Shown here: positions 1 to 8,569 of the stretch, one piece after another
Layout of the letters: the number at the start of each line of letters is the position of its first letter
How positions within the stretch are numbered: the first letter of the stretch is position 1
NCBI GenBank assembly: GCA_965218465.1
Contig: OZ244623.1
Span: 2,801,358 to 2,865,357, forward strand
Source: Acidobacteriota bacterium
GTDB lineage: Bacteria; Acidobacteriota; UBA6911; RPQK01; G965218465
Length of the DNA stretch: 64,000 nt
Direction: 5' to 3'
Translations under genes and position numbers: made by a program
The notes under the pieces: model-generated
Told to the model about the DNA's origin: nothing
The model's database searches: none
Seen by the model: the letters and a program-made list of their open reading frames with translations, nothing else

Positions 1-2151
1 GCCTTCCCAGATGCCCCAGCGTTCGCCCTCGAGAAAGATCGCGCCGCTGGTCGCGATCGTCGGATAACCAGACGACCACCTTGCCTCGACCGCGCTGGGG
101 AACTTCAACAGGTCCGTCATGGGGCGGGTGTCGTCGTAGCCGGCCTGCGGTTCGCCCATCTCGTTAGTCGGTACCGGCTCCCAACCGTAGTTGGCACCGG
201 ATGCGAGCAAATTGATCTCGTCATCCCAGTCGGGGCCATGCTCGACCACCCACATCTGGCGGGTGCCGGGTCGAAGCGCGAGTCCCTGCGGGTTGCGATG
301 GCCATACGAGTAGACCGGCGAGTCTGAGAACGGGTTGTCCGCCGGCGGCACGCCCGCGGCATTGACGCGCAGCACCTTGCCGCCGAGGGAGTCCAGATCC
401 TGTGGTGTCGTCCCGATCACTTCGGTGTCGCCCGTACTGATCCAGAGGTAACCGTCGGGGCCGAACCGGAGCCGGCAGCCGTTGTGATTGCGGCCGGACG
501 GAATGCCATCCACGAGGGGGTCGACCACCCGCGTGGCCGTGGTGTAGGTCGCGTCCAACTCCCACACAATGACCTGCACCACTGAACCGGTATGGCTCAT
601 GCAGGTGTAGAACCGCCGGTTGGTGGTGAAGTCGGGGTCGACGACGATCCCCATCAAGCCGTTGTTGTGATCGAGATTGCGGTCGCTCAAATCTGCCGTC
701 AGGTCCCTGACCGTGCCATCAGTGAGCCGAACCATCAGCTTTTCGTCTCGCTCGCCAAACAGCATCGTCTCGTCCGGTAGAAATGCGATCCCCCAGGGAT
801 GTTTCAAGCCGGACACCAGCGTCTTGACCGACAGCTCGGGGCCGGGCTCCCGCTTGCCGACCATGGCTTCGGACGCCGCCACTGCCGTCTTGTCGGCGCC
901 CTCGCCGTCGGTGTAGCTCGCCGTTGCCCGCAGGTACTGGCCCTGGTCGCTGTCCGTCGGCAAGTAGTCGGCCCGGACTGCTCTGTCGATGTCCGCCCAG
1001 GTCATCTTGTCCGAAGACCTGGCCCACTGCCAGGCCACGGCGCTGATGCCGCCGTCCGGGTCGCTCAGCGTCGGCCGGACCACCGTTCGGACCTGGAGCA
1101 GCGCCGGGAACAGCGACACGGACCCGGCCTCATCGACGTTGACCACCGTCACCTCGATGTCCGCCGTGGCGGTGTTCGTGCCTTCGCGGACCTGCACCGT
1201 CACCTCGTAGACATTGTCCCCGTCGGCGTCGTCCGGGTTCTCGTAGTCGGGGGCCGCCGCGAAGGCCAAGTCGCCAGCGGTGCTCAGCATGAACTGGCCC
1301 GCGTCCGCGCCGCCCGCCGTCGGTATGGACCACGTCAGGTCAGTCTCGGCCGTATCTTGGTCCTTCGCGGTCAAGGTCTCCACCGCTGTCGTCCCTTCAT
1401 CGACAGTGAAGGTCGTCGCACTGGTGATCTCCGGCGTTACCGCCTGGAGCGTGAAGGTCAGGTTTGCGATCGGCTCGTCCGAGAACTTGCCCGTCCCCTT
1501 GATGCTGGTGATGGTGCCCTGGGGCGAGGTGGCGGCGTTCGACAATGAGAACTCCGTGCCCTCCTCGGTGCCGGCGTCGTAGGGAAACAGGTCTACCATG
1601 TGCGCCGCCAGCCAGTCTCCCTGCGCATCGAGCAATGACAGCCCGGAGACGCCCACGAACCAGTCCGGGCTGGGAGCGACCATCGAGGTCAGGGTGACCA
1701 GAGGGTGGTCGGTGGTAAGGGTGATGTCGACCGTAGCTGTGGCTGTCCCGCCGGACGCAATGGATTGCTCAATGACGGCGAGAGCATTCGGCATGGCGGC
1801 GTTGATCTCGGACTTGAGGGTGCTCGTTCCACCAATTTCCGCCATACTCTCGATCCCCGCGCTGGCCATGCCGCCCTCTCTCAGGAAGGTCACGTCGGCG
1901 TTGTGAACAGCGCCGATCAGGGTCGTGAAATGCTCACCGGATGGGACGGATACCCCGCTGGCCAGGGCACTGGCGGTGAATTTGCCTTCAAATGTCACCC
2001 GGTAGGTGGCCGATTGCGCGTGCGCGAAGCCGTTGAAGCCCGGCACGGAGAGAAGGGCGAGAAATGTCCAGACGAGGGTGAAGAGCGATCTGTACCGGCT
2101 TGCAAGACGGGTGAAGCACCCCTGGTAGCCCCGGTGATGCTTGCGGCGCAT
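1..2151 (-). CDS. Secreted multidomain protein: Spondin_N domain + cadherin-like domain + PQQ-dependent sugar (glucose/sorbosone) dehydrogenase beta-propeller. The C-terminus lies beyond the window start.
   Basis: Absent from the ORF track because no stop codon lies inside the window. I hand-translated the minus strand from the ATG at 2151. It opens MRRKHHRGYQGCFTRLASRYRSLFTLVWTFLALLSVPGFNGFAHAQSATYRVTFEGKF, a signal peptide followed by a spondin-like domain (..PDWFVGVSGLSLLDAQGDWL..LFPYDAGTEEG). Next comes a cadherin-like unit (TFTVDEGTTAVETLTAKDQD..YENPDDADGDNVYEVTVQV..VVNVDE). The GSDH-type motifs follow (LKHPWGIAFLPDETMLFGER; GHRNPQGLALRPGTRQMWVVEHGPDWDDEINL..GANYGWEP). The frame runs open to position 1. 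Confidence 0.8.
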   Translation of the reverse strand, partial: MRRKHHRGYQGCFTRLASRYRSLFTLVWTFLALLSVPGFNGFAHAQSATYRVTFEGKFTASALASGVSVPSGEHFTTLIGAVHNADVTFLREGGMASAGIESMAEIGGTSTLKSEINAAMPNALAVIEQSIASGGTATATVDITLTTDHPLVTLTSMVAPSPDWFVGVSGLSLLDAQGDWLAAHMVDLFPYDAGTEEGTEFSLSNAATSPQGTITSIKGTGKFSDEPIANLTFTLQAVTPEITSATTFTVDEGTTAVETLTAKDQDTAETDLTWSIPTAGGADAGQFMLSTAGDLAFAAAPDYENPDDADGDNVYEVTVQVREGTNTATADIEVTVVNVDEAGSVSLFPALLQVRTVVRPTLSDPDGGISAVAWQWARSSDKMTWADIDRAVRADYLPTDSDQGQYLRATASYTDGEGADKTAVAASEAMVGKREPGPELSVKTLVSGLKHPWGIAFLPDETMLFGERDEKLMVRLTDGTVRDLTADLSDRNLDHNNGLMGIVVDPDFTTNRRFYTCMSHTGSVVQVIVWELDATYTTATRVVDPLVDGIPSGRNHNGCRLRFGPDGYLWISTGDTEVIGTTPQDLDSLGGKVLRVNAAGVPPADNPFSDSPVYSYGHRNPQGLALRPGTRQMWVVEHGPDWDDEINLLASGANYGWEPVPTNEMGEPQAGYDDTRPMTDLLKFPSAVEARWSSGYPTIATSGAIFLEGERWGIWEG

Positions 2152-2810
2152 GGCGTCACACCACCCAGTCCGACGGGCGGGGCCATTCGGAAGGTCTGAC
2201 GGATAGAGTGCGGGGCGGGCTGAAGATTCAGGCCCATAGTGCTCGGCTCTCATTATGAGAGCCACCGGACCAGGCCGCTTTTGTCAAGCCTTCTTTTCGA
2301 GCCATCCATGACTTTTTCGAAACCCCGCGCCGTTCCGACCGGGATACCGCGCCCGCCAGACGGCCGGTCCGATCGTTCTCAACGTCGTCCCCCCGCCCAT
2401 TTCAGAAGCGCCCCCTGAAACCGGCCTATCGGGCTTCGCCGAGGTGTCGAAAGGACAGTGACCGCCGAGATTCAGTCCGGAACTTCGAACGTGTCCAACG
2501 TCCGAGTTGGATCATCTGCCAGCTTAAGCGAACCTCACACGAGCTGTGAAATGGAAAGATTTTGGGCTCTGGGACACTTTAATTTGGGCAAATGCACGGC
2601 CCTTGTCTCAGTCGTTGCGGGGTCTCGACGGCAATGCGAGATGGAACGCGCGGGGCGCACGGGCATCGACTGGAAGATGCCGCCGGTGTCAGGCGCTGCA
2701 CCGCGACATGGAGTTGAAGGTGCCGGCGAAGCCGGAGCGGCGCGGAATGGTGCTTCACAACCCCGTCAAGCCTGAAAAGAAGCCCGTCGTCCTGTTCCCC
2801 AGCGACCGGT

Positions 2811-3005
2811 TCAAGCCTCTTTCAGTATCCATTCCCGGAATGCCCGGACTCCTGGATTGCGCCTGGAGTCGGCTGTCGTGATGAGGCAGCACCGCGCGGG
2901 CGCCGCGACCTGCCGGTCGAAGAGAGGGACCAGATCGGCCCGTTCCATCTCCCGCGCGATCACCCTCGAGTGTCCGATAGCCGTCGTCGTCGAGCCTGTG
3001 GGAAA
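2811..3005 (-). pseudogene. C-terminal remnant of a LysR-family regulator (about 65 aa, with no N-terminal HTH and no start codon)
   Basis: The minus-strand frame reads ..TAIGHSRVIAREMERADLVPLFDRQVAAPARCCLITTADSRRNPGVRAFREWILKEA*. This has the typical LysR substrate-domain C-terminus (..vraFrdWl..). An in-frame stop lies just upstream. Confidence 0.45.
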
Positions 3006-3065
3006 GGGGGTCTGACTGTTTGTGACTGTTTACGGATATCATAAGAGAGGTTATCCTAGTGGCTC

Positions 3066-3344
3066 ATGATCCGGAGCTTCAGCGACCGAAACACTCGGCG
3101 CTTCTTCGAGGGCCATAGGGTGCCAACGTTCCAGGGATTCGCGGATCAGGCAGTACGCCGTCTCACCATGTTGGATAACGCGGAGTCCCTAAGGGACTTG
3201 GCCGGGTTGCCCAGCAACCGTCTGGAGGCACTACAGGGACGCCGGACCGGTCAGTACAGCATCCGCATCAATGCGAAGTGGCGAATCTATTTTCGTTGGA
3301 GAGGCGACGGACCCTACGAAGTAGAAATTGTGGACTATCACTGA
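3066..3344 (+). CDS. higB: HigB-type toxin (RelE/ParE superfamily, plasmid maintenance system killer)
   Basis: 92 aa: MIRSFSDRNTRRFFEGHRVP..LPSNRLEALQGRRTGQYSIRINAKWRIYFRWRGDGPYEVEIVDYH. This is the characteristic HigB signature. It is followed 13 nt later by an XRE antitoxin gene. Confidence 0.85.
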   Translation: MIRSFSDRNTRRFFEGHRVPTFQGFADQAVRRLTMLDNAESLRDLAGLPSNRLEALQGRRTGQYSIRINAKWRIYFRWRGDGPYEVEIVDYH

Positions 3345-3357
3345 GGAGGTTGAGTCG

Positions 3358-3696
3358 ATGAGCACCAAGAACGGTATGAGACCGGTGCATCCGGGAGAGA
3401 TCTTGCGGGACGAACTGGATGCACTTGGCCTATCGGCCAATGCTCTGTCGAAGGCATTGGATGTGCCCGTGAATCGAATCACGGCGATCCTGAATGGCCA
3501 GCGGGGCGTGACCGCCAACACGGCATTGCGCCTGGCGCGCTACTTTGGGACGACCCCTCAGGTCTGGCTGAACCTGCAGAAGACCTGGGAGCTGAGACGT
3601 GAAGAGATCGAGTCTGGCCGCCGGATTGCCGAGCGTGTCCAGCCCCGGCAAACGATGGCGCCGATGGCAGGGAGCAGGATCGATGCCAGTTCCTGA
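3358..3696 (+). CDS. higA: HigA antitoxin (XRE-family HTH)
   Basis: ATG at 3358, preceded by the RBS GAGGAGG. The sequence MRPVHPGEILRDELDALGLSANALSKALDVPVNRITAILNGQRGVTANTALRLARYFGTTPQVWLNLQ is the classic HigA HTH. Confidence 0.85.
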   Translation: MSTKNGMRPVHPGEILRDELDALGLSANALSKALDVPVNRITAILNGQRGVTANTALRLARYFGTTPQVWLNLQKTWELRREEIESGRRIAERVQPRQTMAPMAGSRIDASS

Positions 3697-3811
3697 CTTT
3701 CAAACCCTGATGTTGCCGGTCCTCAAAGCACTATCCGCCCGTGAAGAAACACGGCTCTCCGAGGTGCGCATCAGAGCATTCTGGCCCGCCGACGTTCAGA
3801 TCTGTGTTTAA
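3683..3811 (+). pseudogene. N-terminal fragment of an Mrr-type restriction endonuclease (Mrr_N winged helix only)
   Basis: MPVPDFQTLMLPVLKALSAREETRLSEVR matches the start of Mrr_N domains. Similarity is lost after about 30 aa and the ORF stops at 42 aa. Confidence 0.5.
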
Positions 3812-3817
3812 GCAAGT

Positions 3818-3910
3818 TTCTTTGGCCTCTCGAAGGGGTATTGGCTGCGAGCGCAGGCTGCTTACGAAACGAAACTAGCGAAGGATGTCCTCTCCGACAC
3901 AATGGAGTAG
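3818..3910 (+). pseudogene. C-terminal remnant of a second XRE/HigA-like antitoxin
   Basis: FFGLSKGYWLRAQAAYETKLAKDVLSDTME* begins right after a stop codon and has no start codon. It resembles the ..LG.s..yWl.lQ..Y.l.. tail of HTH antitoxins. Confidence 0.3.
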
Positions 3911-3956
3911 ATTCGGACATGGCTGGGCTTGAAGAGATCCCGCTTGAGGGGGACCC

Positions 3957-4319
3957 TTAGTGACACTGCTGGGGCACGCGACTCGCCGGAGGAAGTATCT
4001 GAAAAATATAATCAGCCATGATAATCATGTTCACGCTATGTTTATGCGTTGAATAGGGAACCAAACCGTGCATGACAGCATGCCGGCTCGGAACGGAATC
4101 CTGCTCAAATTTTCCCCGTTCCTTGTCCTCTACATTCTCATACAGATGCCCCACCAGCCGACCGAACAGGACAAAACCAAATGCCTCTCTCGGCGAAAAA
4201 TCTTCTAACGGTATTTCATTTGTTAATTTATAAATCATTTTTTTGGATCCAATACGTCCTGAATCATCGAAGAGATTGAAGCGAATAATTCTTTCGATCT
4301 CCGGAACCCAGGAAGTCAT
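3957..4319 (-). CDS. Hypothetical 120-aa protein with a HEPN-like Rx4H motif, in a sharply AT-rich segment
   Basis: MTSWVPEIERIIRFNLFDD..FEQDSVPSRHAVMHGLVPYSTHKH.. carries an R-x4-H motif (RHAVMH). Its ATG overlaps the stop of the upstream giant gene (ATGA). Spot GC counts on lines 4021 and 4201 give about 42% and 27%. The longer 195-aa track ORF is a read-through into the neighbouring gene. Confidence 0.5.
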   Translation of the reverse strand: MTSWVPEIERIIRFNLFDDSGRIGSKKMIYKLTNEIPLEDFSPREAFGFVLFGRLVGHLYENVEDKERGKFEQDSVPSRHAVMHGLVPYSTHKHSVNMIIMADYIFQILPPASRVPQQCH

Positions 4320-7300
4320 CTCTGGACAGGCACCACCGGCAGCGTGGTGAAGATGCCGTTGGCGGCATCCAGCTCTACCGCCACTCCGGCAAACTCTCCC
4401 TCGGCCGTGCAACGCACCAACCCCACGAAGTCGGAAGTGTCGGTACGGGTGAACACCTCTTCGATAAAGCGGCCATCCTGCCCGTTGACCTGCAGCTCGA
4501 TGTCCACCTCTTCCAGCACTTCGCCCTCTTGCATCAGTCGACAACTGACCACCAGCTCTTCGGCTTCCAGGTTGCGGATGGCTGCCGCCGTGCTGATTCC
4601 TCCCTCCTGTCGCCGGGCCGGAAAGAGGGCATCCCTGACCGCTTGACCGGCTCCCACTCCGGCCACTCCAACCCCCGGCAGGTCGAAGCGCAGCACCCCT
4701 CCGATGGGACCTTCGGCAACCACCCTCACCGATCCCGCCACCACCTCTCCTCGACCATGGGTGGAAATCGTCACTGCCTCCAGCGGTTCCAGCTCGTTCT
4801 GAATGGTTAAGCCTCCGTCCTCTGCCACTTCCAGATTTCCTGTCACCTCCAGCACCGATTGGGCTGCAAGCCTTTCGCCTTCCCGATCGTAGAAGTAAAA
4901 GCTGGGACGGGTGGGAGGAATGGGCGTCGGAAAGGGACCGGCGGGACGACTCGGCCGGATGGACACATTCACCAACACCAGATCGGAGGTGATGGAAGCA
5001 CCATTGGCGAAGTGGGCAAAATCAAGGGCATACTCCCCGCCTCTGAAGACCGTCCGGTCCACCGGCAGCACCGGCAAGGTGGTAAAGATCCCATTGCCGG
5101 CATCCAGCTCCACCGCCACTCCGACGAACAGTTTGCCCGCGGGTGCGGTGCAGCGCACCAATCCCACGAAGTCGGTCGTATCGGTAGCAGTGAACACCTC
5201 TTCAATGAAGCGGCCGTCCTGTCCGTTGACCTTCAGCTCAATGTCCACCTCTTGCAGCACCGCCCCCTCTTGCATCAGTTGGCAACTCACCACCAGTTCT
5301 TCTGCTTCCAGGTTGCGAATGGCTACTGCTGTGCTGATGCCTCCCGCCTGTCGCCGGGCCGGAAAGAGGGCATCCCTGACCGCTTGACCGGTTCCCACTC
5401 CGGCCACTCCAACCCCAGGAAGGTCGAAACGCAGCACCCCGCCAAGGGGACCGTTGGAGAGGACCGTCACCGATCCCGCCACCACCACCCCTTGACCATG
5501 GGTGGAAATCGTCAGTGCCTCGAGCGGTTGCATTTCACTTTGAACAGTCAAGCTTCCGTCCTCGGCCACCTCCAGCTCTTCGGTGACCTCCACCACCGAT
5601 TCGACTGCAATCCTTTCGCCTTCCCGGTTGTAGAAGTAAAGCCAGGGACGGATGGGACGAGCGAACACGTTCACCAACACCAGATCGGAGGTGATGGACG
5701 AACCGTTGGCGAAATGGGCAAACTCCAATCTTCCCACTCCCGGAGTGACCTCGACCTGGTTGGAAGAGCTGCCGGCGCCGGCCGCGCTGACCGCACGCAC
5801 CTGGAAAAGGTAGACCCGGCCGTTGACCAGCTCGGTGACCGTATGAGTGGTCTCGGTCGACCCGGTGGATATCCAGCCCCCGCCCGTCCCGCTGATCAGA
5901 TACTCGTAATCGGTGATGGGAAAGCCGCCGTCGTCTTCCGGCGCCTCCCAGGAGAGTGTCACCTGCTCGTCTCCCCCCACCGCCTCCAGATTCCTGGGCG
6001 CCGACGGCACCGGGTTGGGAACGGGAGGGAGACCGCCACCGCCCCCGGGTCCCGGCGGCTTGGCTGGATACTCGGCCAGATCCTCAGCCGAGTTGCCGAC
6101 CGCATCCCGGATCGGGTTCGTCCCCGCCCTATAGCTCACGGTTACCGTCTGGCCCGCCGCTGCCGGCGAGTCGAGGGTCAGCGTGACCGCGCTTTCGCTC
6201 ACCAGAATCTGGGTGAGCGGCCGCTCGGCTCCCTCCACATTCACTGTGAAGTCGCTCGTCGCCGGTATCGAATCCTCGTCGAGCACCTCATTGTAGGTCA
6301 GCACCAGCATGGCGCCGTCCACGGTCGCGCTCCGGAGTTCCGGCTTGACCCCATCCACCTTGTGGCCGGCCTGTGGCGGTACCTCCTCATAGGCCACCAC
6401 CGCCGGATTGTCCGCCAGATCCTGGATTGCCCCGTCGTTGAGGACGATGCGGCCGGCGGCAATACTCACCCCATCAGTATCGATATCGTTGTCCTCCACC
6501 GTGTAGAGGAACACTACGTCCGCACTCACCGGCGTGGGGCTGTATCGGGCCGGCTTGCTCTGATTCCCTACCGTCAGGTCCAGAGTCGGCGTCCCGTGGG
6601 TCGTGTCCACCGTCACCGTCTCGCTGAATCTGACCGTTACTGCGATCATGTCCCCGATGGCATAGGTCTCGTCCATCCCTGGGTCCGAACTGAGCTCGAT
6701 CCCTTCGATCGTTGGCGCCGTCGTGTCCGGTGTTTGGTTGTCCACCTCTTGGTCCGTCAGCGCTCCGGCCTCATTGCCCACCGGGTCCCGGATCGGATTC
6801 GTCCCCGGACTGTAGCTCACCCGAATCCCCGTGTCCCCGTGCTCCACCGCCGGATTCAGCGTCAGGGTCACTACTCTCCCGCTCACCGAAACGTGGGTGA
6901 CCATACGCTCGCTCCCCGCGACCGTGATCGTGAAGTCCCCGGTCGCCGGTATCGAACTCCCGTCCAGCGCCTCTCCATAGGTCAGCGTCAGCACCGGCCC
7001 GTTCACCGCCGCTGAGGAAAGTGCCGGATCGACGCCGTCCACAAGGTTCGGCCTGAGGATGAACAGGCCCTGTTCAATCACGCTGACAATCACGACTCCA
7101 CTGTCAAAGAACGGATAGTTGCTCCACGTTCCGGTGTCGGTGTTCGTCGGGTCGCTGCCGGGGTAGACGTCAAAGAAAGCTACTTCAGTTAGATTGCCGT
7201 TGGCGATGTCGGTAATGTCCAGGATGCGCAAACCCGCCTGGTAGTTCGACTGGTAGGTGTAGCTGCCCTTGACGTACAGGTTGTGGTCGATCACGGTTGT

Positions 7301-8491
7301 CGTGGAGTCGTGAAAACCGATGAGCGCCGGGGCGTCGAGATTGCTCACGTCCCACAGGTAAGTACGGGTATTCGTGACATCGGGGTCGTTCGCTTCATCC
7401 AACTCGTCGCCCAGCAAGAAGTAGGCATGATCTTCCGTCAGCCAGCCTTGGTGGGTGTACCTGGAGCCGCTGTAGCCCGTGCGGGAGAGCATCACCGGGT
7501 CTGCCTTGTTCGTCACGTCGACGATCGTCAGCGTACCCTCGTTGGAGTTGAAGCAGATCTCTTTTGCCTGGTGATCGAGGTCCGGGCCATCGTAGTTCAC
7601 ACACTGTGCATCGTGGGTGTAGCCGTCGCCGCTGAAACAACCGGCTGAGGTCGGGCTCGTCGGAGTTTGAATGTTGATCATGTGCAGCCCGCCCCTGCAA
7701 GTGTTCGTACCTACTGCGTAAGCAAAGCCGCTGTCTTCGTTAATCGCGAGATTGTGAGCGTGCGAGAAACCGGGGTAGTGGGCGGTTTCGGAAAACGTGG
7801 CAGGCGGTGAGGCCACCGCTCTCAACTGAGTCAGGTCAAATACCTGCATCCCGCTGTTCTTTGCCTCCGTCACTATGAAGGCATGGTCCGCGTATACCTT
7901 GATGTCCCGCCATTTCGAGTCGGCGGCGGGTGGCGGAAGGTTGCCAAGATAGATCGGGTTGACCGGGTCGCTGATGTCCACGAACGAGGTGCCGTTGGTC
8001 CGGCCCATAATCGCGTACTCCTTGCCGGTCGAGGAATCCGTCCAGCCCCAGATGTCGTTAGCCTCGCCGCCGCCAATGTCGGCTAAAGCCAGAAACGACA
8101 TCAGATCGACGTTACTGCAGGGGTAGGTTCCAGCCATCCCTCCGGAGCAGGGTGTCACCGCTGCCGCCGTCGCCGACACCATCAGCGTCTCGTCCTCTAC
8201 GACCTCGCTCTTCGCCTGCCGGTGCTCGACGCCGTACGCCTCTGGCTGCCGCGCGGGCAGGAGCTGCGAACTCCCCTTCCTCCGGGCGGGCGTCCGCTGC
8301 TCTTTCGCGGCCAGCAGCGTCTCGATCTGCCGCACGGTCTTCACCGCCAACTCGCCGCCGGCCTGGGCCGAGGTTTGCTGCGCCCCGACGGGCCCGACCA
8401 GCAGCGGGATCGACACCACCGCCCCCAGCAGCCCCCAGCACCGACGGGCACCGGCCTGTGCCATGATTCCTGTCGTGCGTGGCAGCTTCAT
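4316..8491 (-). CDS. 1391-aa secreted surface protein: choice-of-anchor B / LVIVD beta-propeller + bacterial Ig-like (SwmB-like) domains + FN3 + 2 copies of an unknown C-terminal domain
   Basis: Complete ORF with a signal peptide. Choice-of-anchor B signature: GTYPCSNVDLMSFLAL..NDIWGWTDSSTGKEYAIMG..SFVDISDPVNPIYLG..WRDIKVYADHAFIV..GMQVFDL. Two SwmB-like units: LTLTYGEALDGSSIPATGDFTITV.. and LVLTYNEVLDEDSIPATSDFTVNV... FN3: PSAPRNLEAVGGDEQVTLSWEAPEDDGGFPITDYEY... The protein ends in two units of about 225-240 aa that each start FAHFANG. Confidence 0.9.
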   Translation of the reverse strand: MKLPRTTGIMAQAGARRCWGLLGAVVSIPLLVGPVGAQQTSAQAGGELAVKTVRQIETLLAAKEQRTPARRKGSSQLLPARQPEAYGVEHRQAKSEVVEDETLMVSATAAAVTPCSGGMAGTYPCSNVDLMSFLALADIGGGEANDIWGWTDSSTGKEYAIMGRTNGTSFVDISDPVNPIYLGNLPPPAADSKWRDIKVYADHAFIVTEAKNSGMQVFDLTQLRAVASPPATFSETAHYPGFSHAHNLAINEDSGFAYAVGTNTCRGGLHMINIQTPTSPTSAGCFSGDGYTHDAQCVNYDGPDLDHQAKEICFNSNEGTLTIVDVTNKADPVMLSRTGYSGSRYTHQGWLTEDHAYFLLGDELDEANDPDVTNTRTYLWDVSNLDAPALIGFHDSTTTVIDHNLYVKGSYTYQSNYQAGLRILDITDIANGNLTEVAFFDVYPGSDPTNTDTGTWSNYPFFDSGVVIVSVIEQGLFILRPNLVDGVDPALSSAAVNGPVLTLTYGEALDGSSIPATGDFTITVAGSERMVTHVSVSGRVVTLTLNPAVEHGDTGIRVSYSPGTNPIRDPVGNEAGALTDQEVDNQTPDTTAPTIEGIELSSDPGMDETYAIGDMIAVTVRFSETVTVDTTHGTPTLDLTVGNQSKPARYSPTPVSADVVFLYTVEDNDIDTDGVSIAAGRIVLNDGAIQDLADNPAVVAYEEVPPQAGHKVDGVKPELRSATVDGAMLVLTYNEVLDEDSIPATSDFTVNVEGAERPLTQILVSESAVTLTLDSPAAAGQTVTVSYRAGTNPIRDAVGNSAEDLAEYPAKPPGPGGGGGLPPVPNPVPSAPRNLEAVGGDEQVTLSWEAPEDDGGFPITDYEYLISGTGGGWISTGSTETTHTVTELVNGRVYLFQVRAVSAAGAGSSSNQVEVTPGVGRLEFAHFANGSSITSDLVLVNVFARPIRPWLYFYNREGERIAVESVVEVTEELEVAEDGSLTVQSEMQPLEALTISTHGQGVVVAGSVTVLSNGPLGGVLRFDLPGVGVAGVGTGQAVRDALFPARRQAGGISTAVAIRNLEAEELVVSCQLMQEGAVLQEVDIELKVNGQDGRFIEEVFTATDTTDFVGLVRCTAPAGKLFVGVAVELDAGNGIFTTLPVLPVDRTVFRGGEYALDFAHFANGASITSDLVLVNVSIRPSRPAGPFPTPIPPTRPSFYFYDREGERLAAQSVLEVTGNLEVAEDGGLTIQNELEPLEAVTISTHGRGEVVAGSVRVVAEGPIGGVLRFDLPGVGVAGVGAGQAVRDALFPARRQEGGISTAAAIRNLEAEELVVSCRLMQEGEVLEEVDIELQVNGQDGRFIEEVFTRTDTSDFVGLVRCTAEGEFAGVAVELDAANGIFTTLPVVPVQR
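4319..5735. repeat. Tandem in-frame duplication (two units of about 670 and 710 nt) that encodes the duplicated C-terminal domain of the giant protein
   Basis: Long near-identical DNA stretches sit 741 nt apart. For example, 4611-4690 (cgccgggccggaaagagggcatccctgaccgcttgaccggctcccactccggccactccaac..) recurs at 5352-5430. The protein units align end to end (..GVLRFDLPGVGVAGVG.GQAVRDALFPARRQ.GGISTA.AIRNLEAEELVVSC.LMQEG..). The promoter-distal unit has one insertion of about 13 aa. Confidence 0.85.
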
Positions 8492-8569
8492 AATCTCCCG
8501 GCGAGTCGGAACATCTCTCTGACTCTTCCAGAGTTTTCCAAGCTTCCGGAGCGGCTGTCTTTTTCACAA

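Noticed and set aside
799-1548. 249-aa plus-strand ORF and several shorter ORFs within 1-2237
   Set aside because: They lie antisense to, or out of frame with, the continuous minus-strand reading frame (1-2151), which has clear Spondin_N, cadherin and PQQ-dehydrogenase motifs. Their composition is Arg/Gly-rich and shadow-like.
2245-2263. Palindrome GGCTCTCA-tta-TGAGAGCC about 95 nt upstream of the first gene
   Set aside because: It could be an operator or a hairpin, but it is isolated, short and has no associated intact regulator. It is not reportable as a feature.
4859-7015. 718-aa ORF on the plus strand, the second longest in the region
   Set aside because: It is entirely antisense to the 1391-aa secreted protein gene. 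The translation is Arg/Gly/His/Pro-rich low-complexity with no motifs, which is the usual shadow ORF of very GC-rich coding DNA. The same applies to 4344-4646, 4911-5387, 7283-7648, 8152-8466 and 8112-8744.
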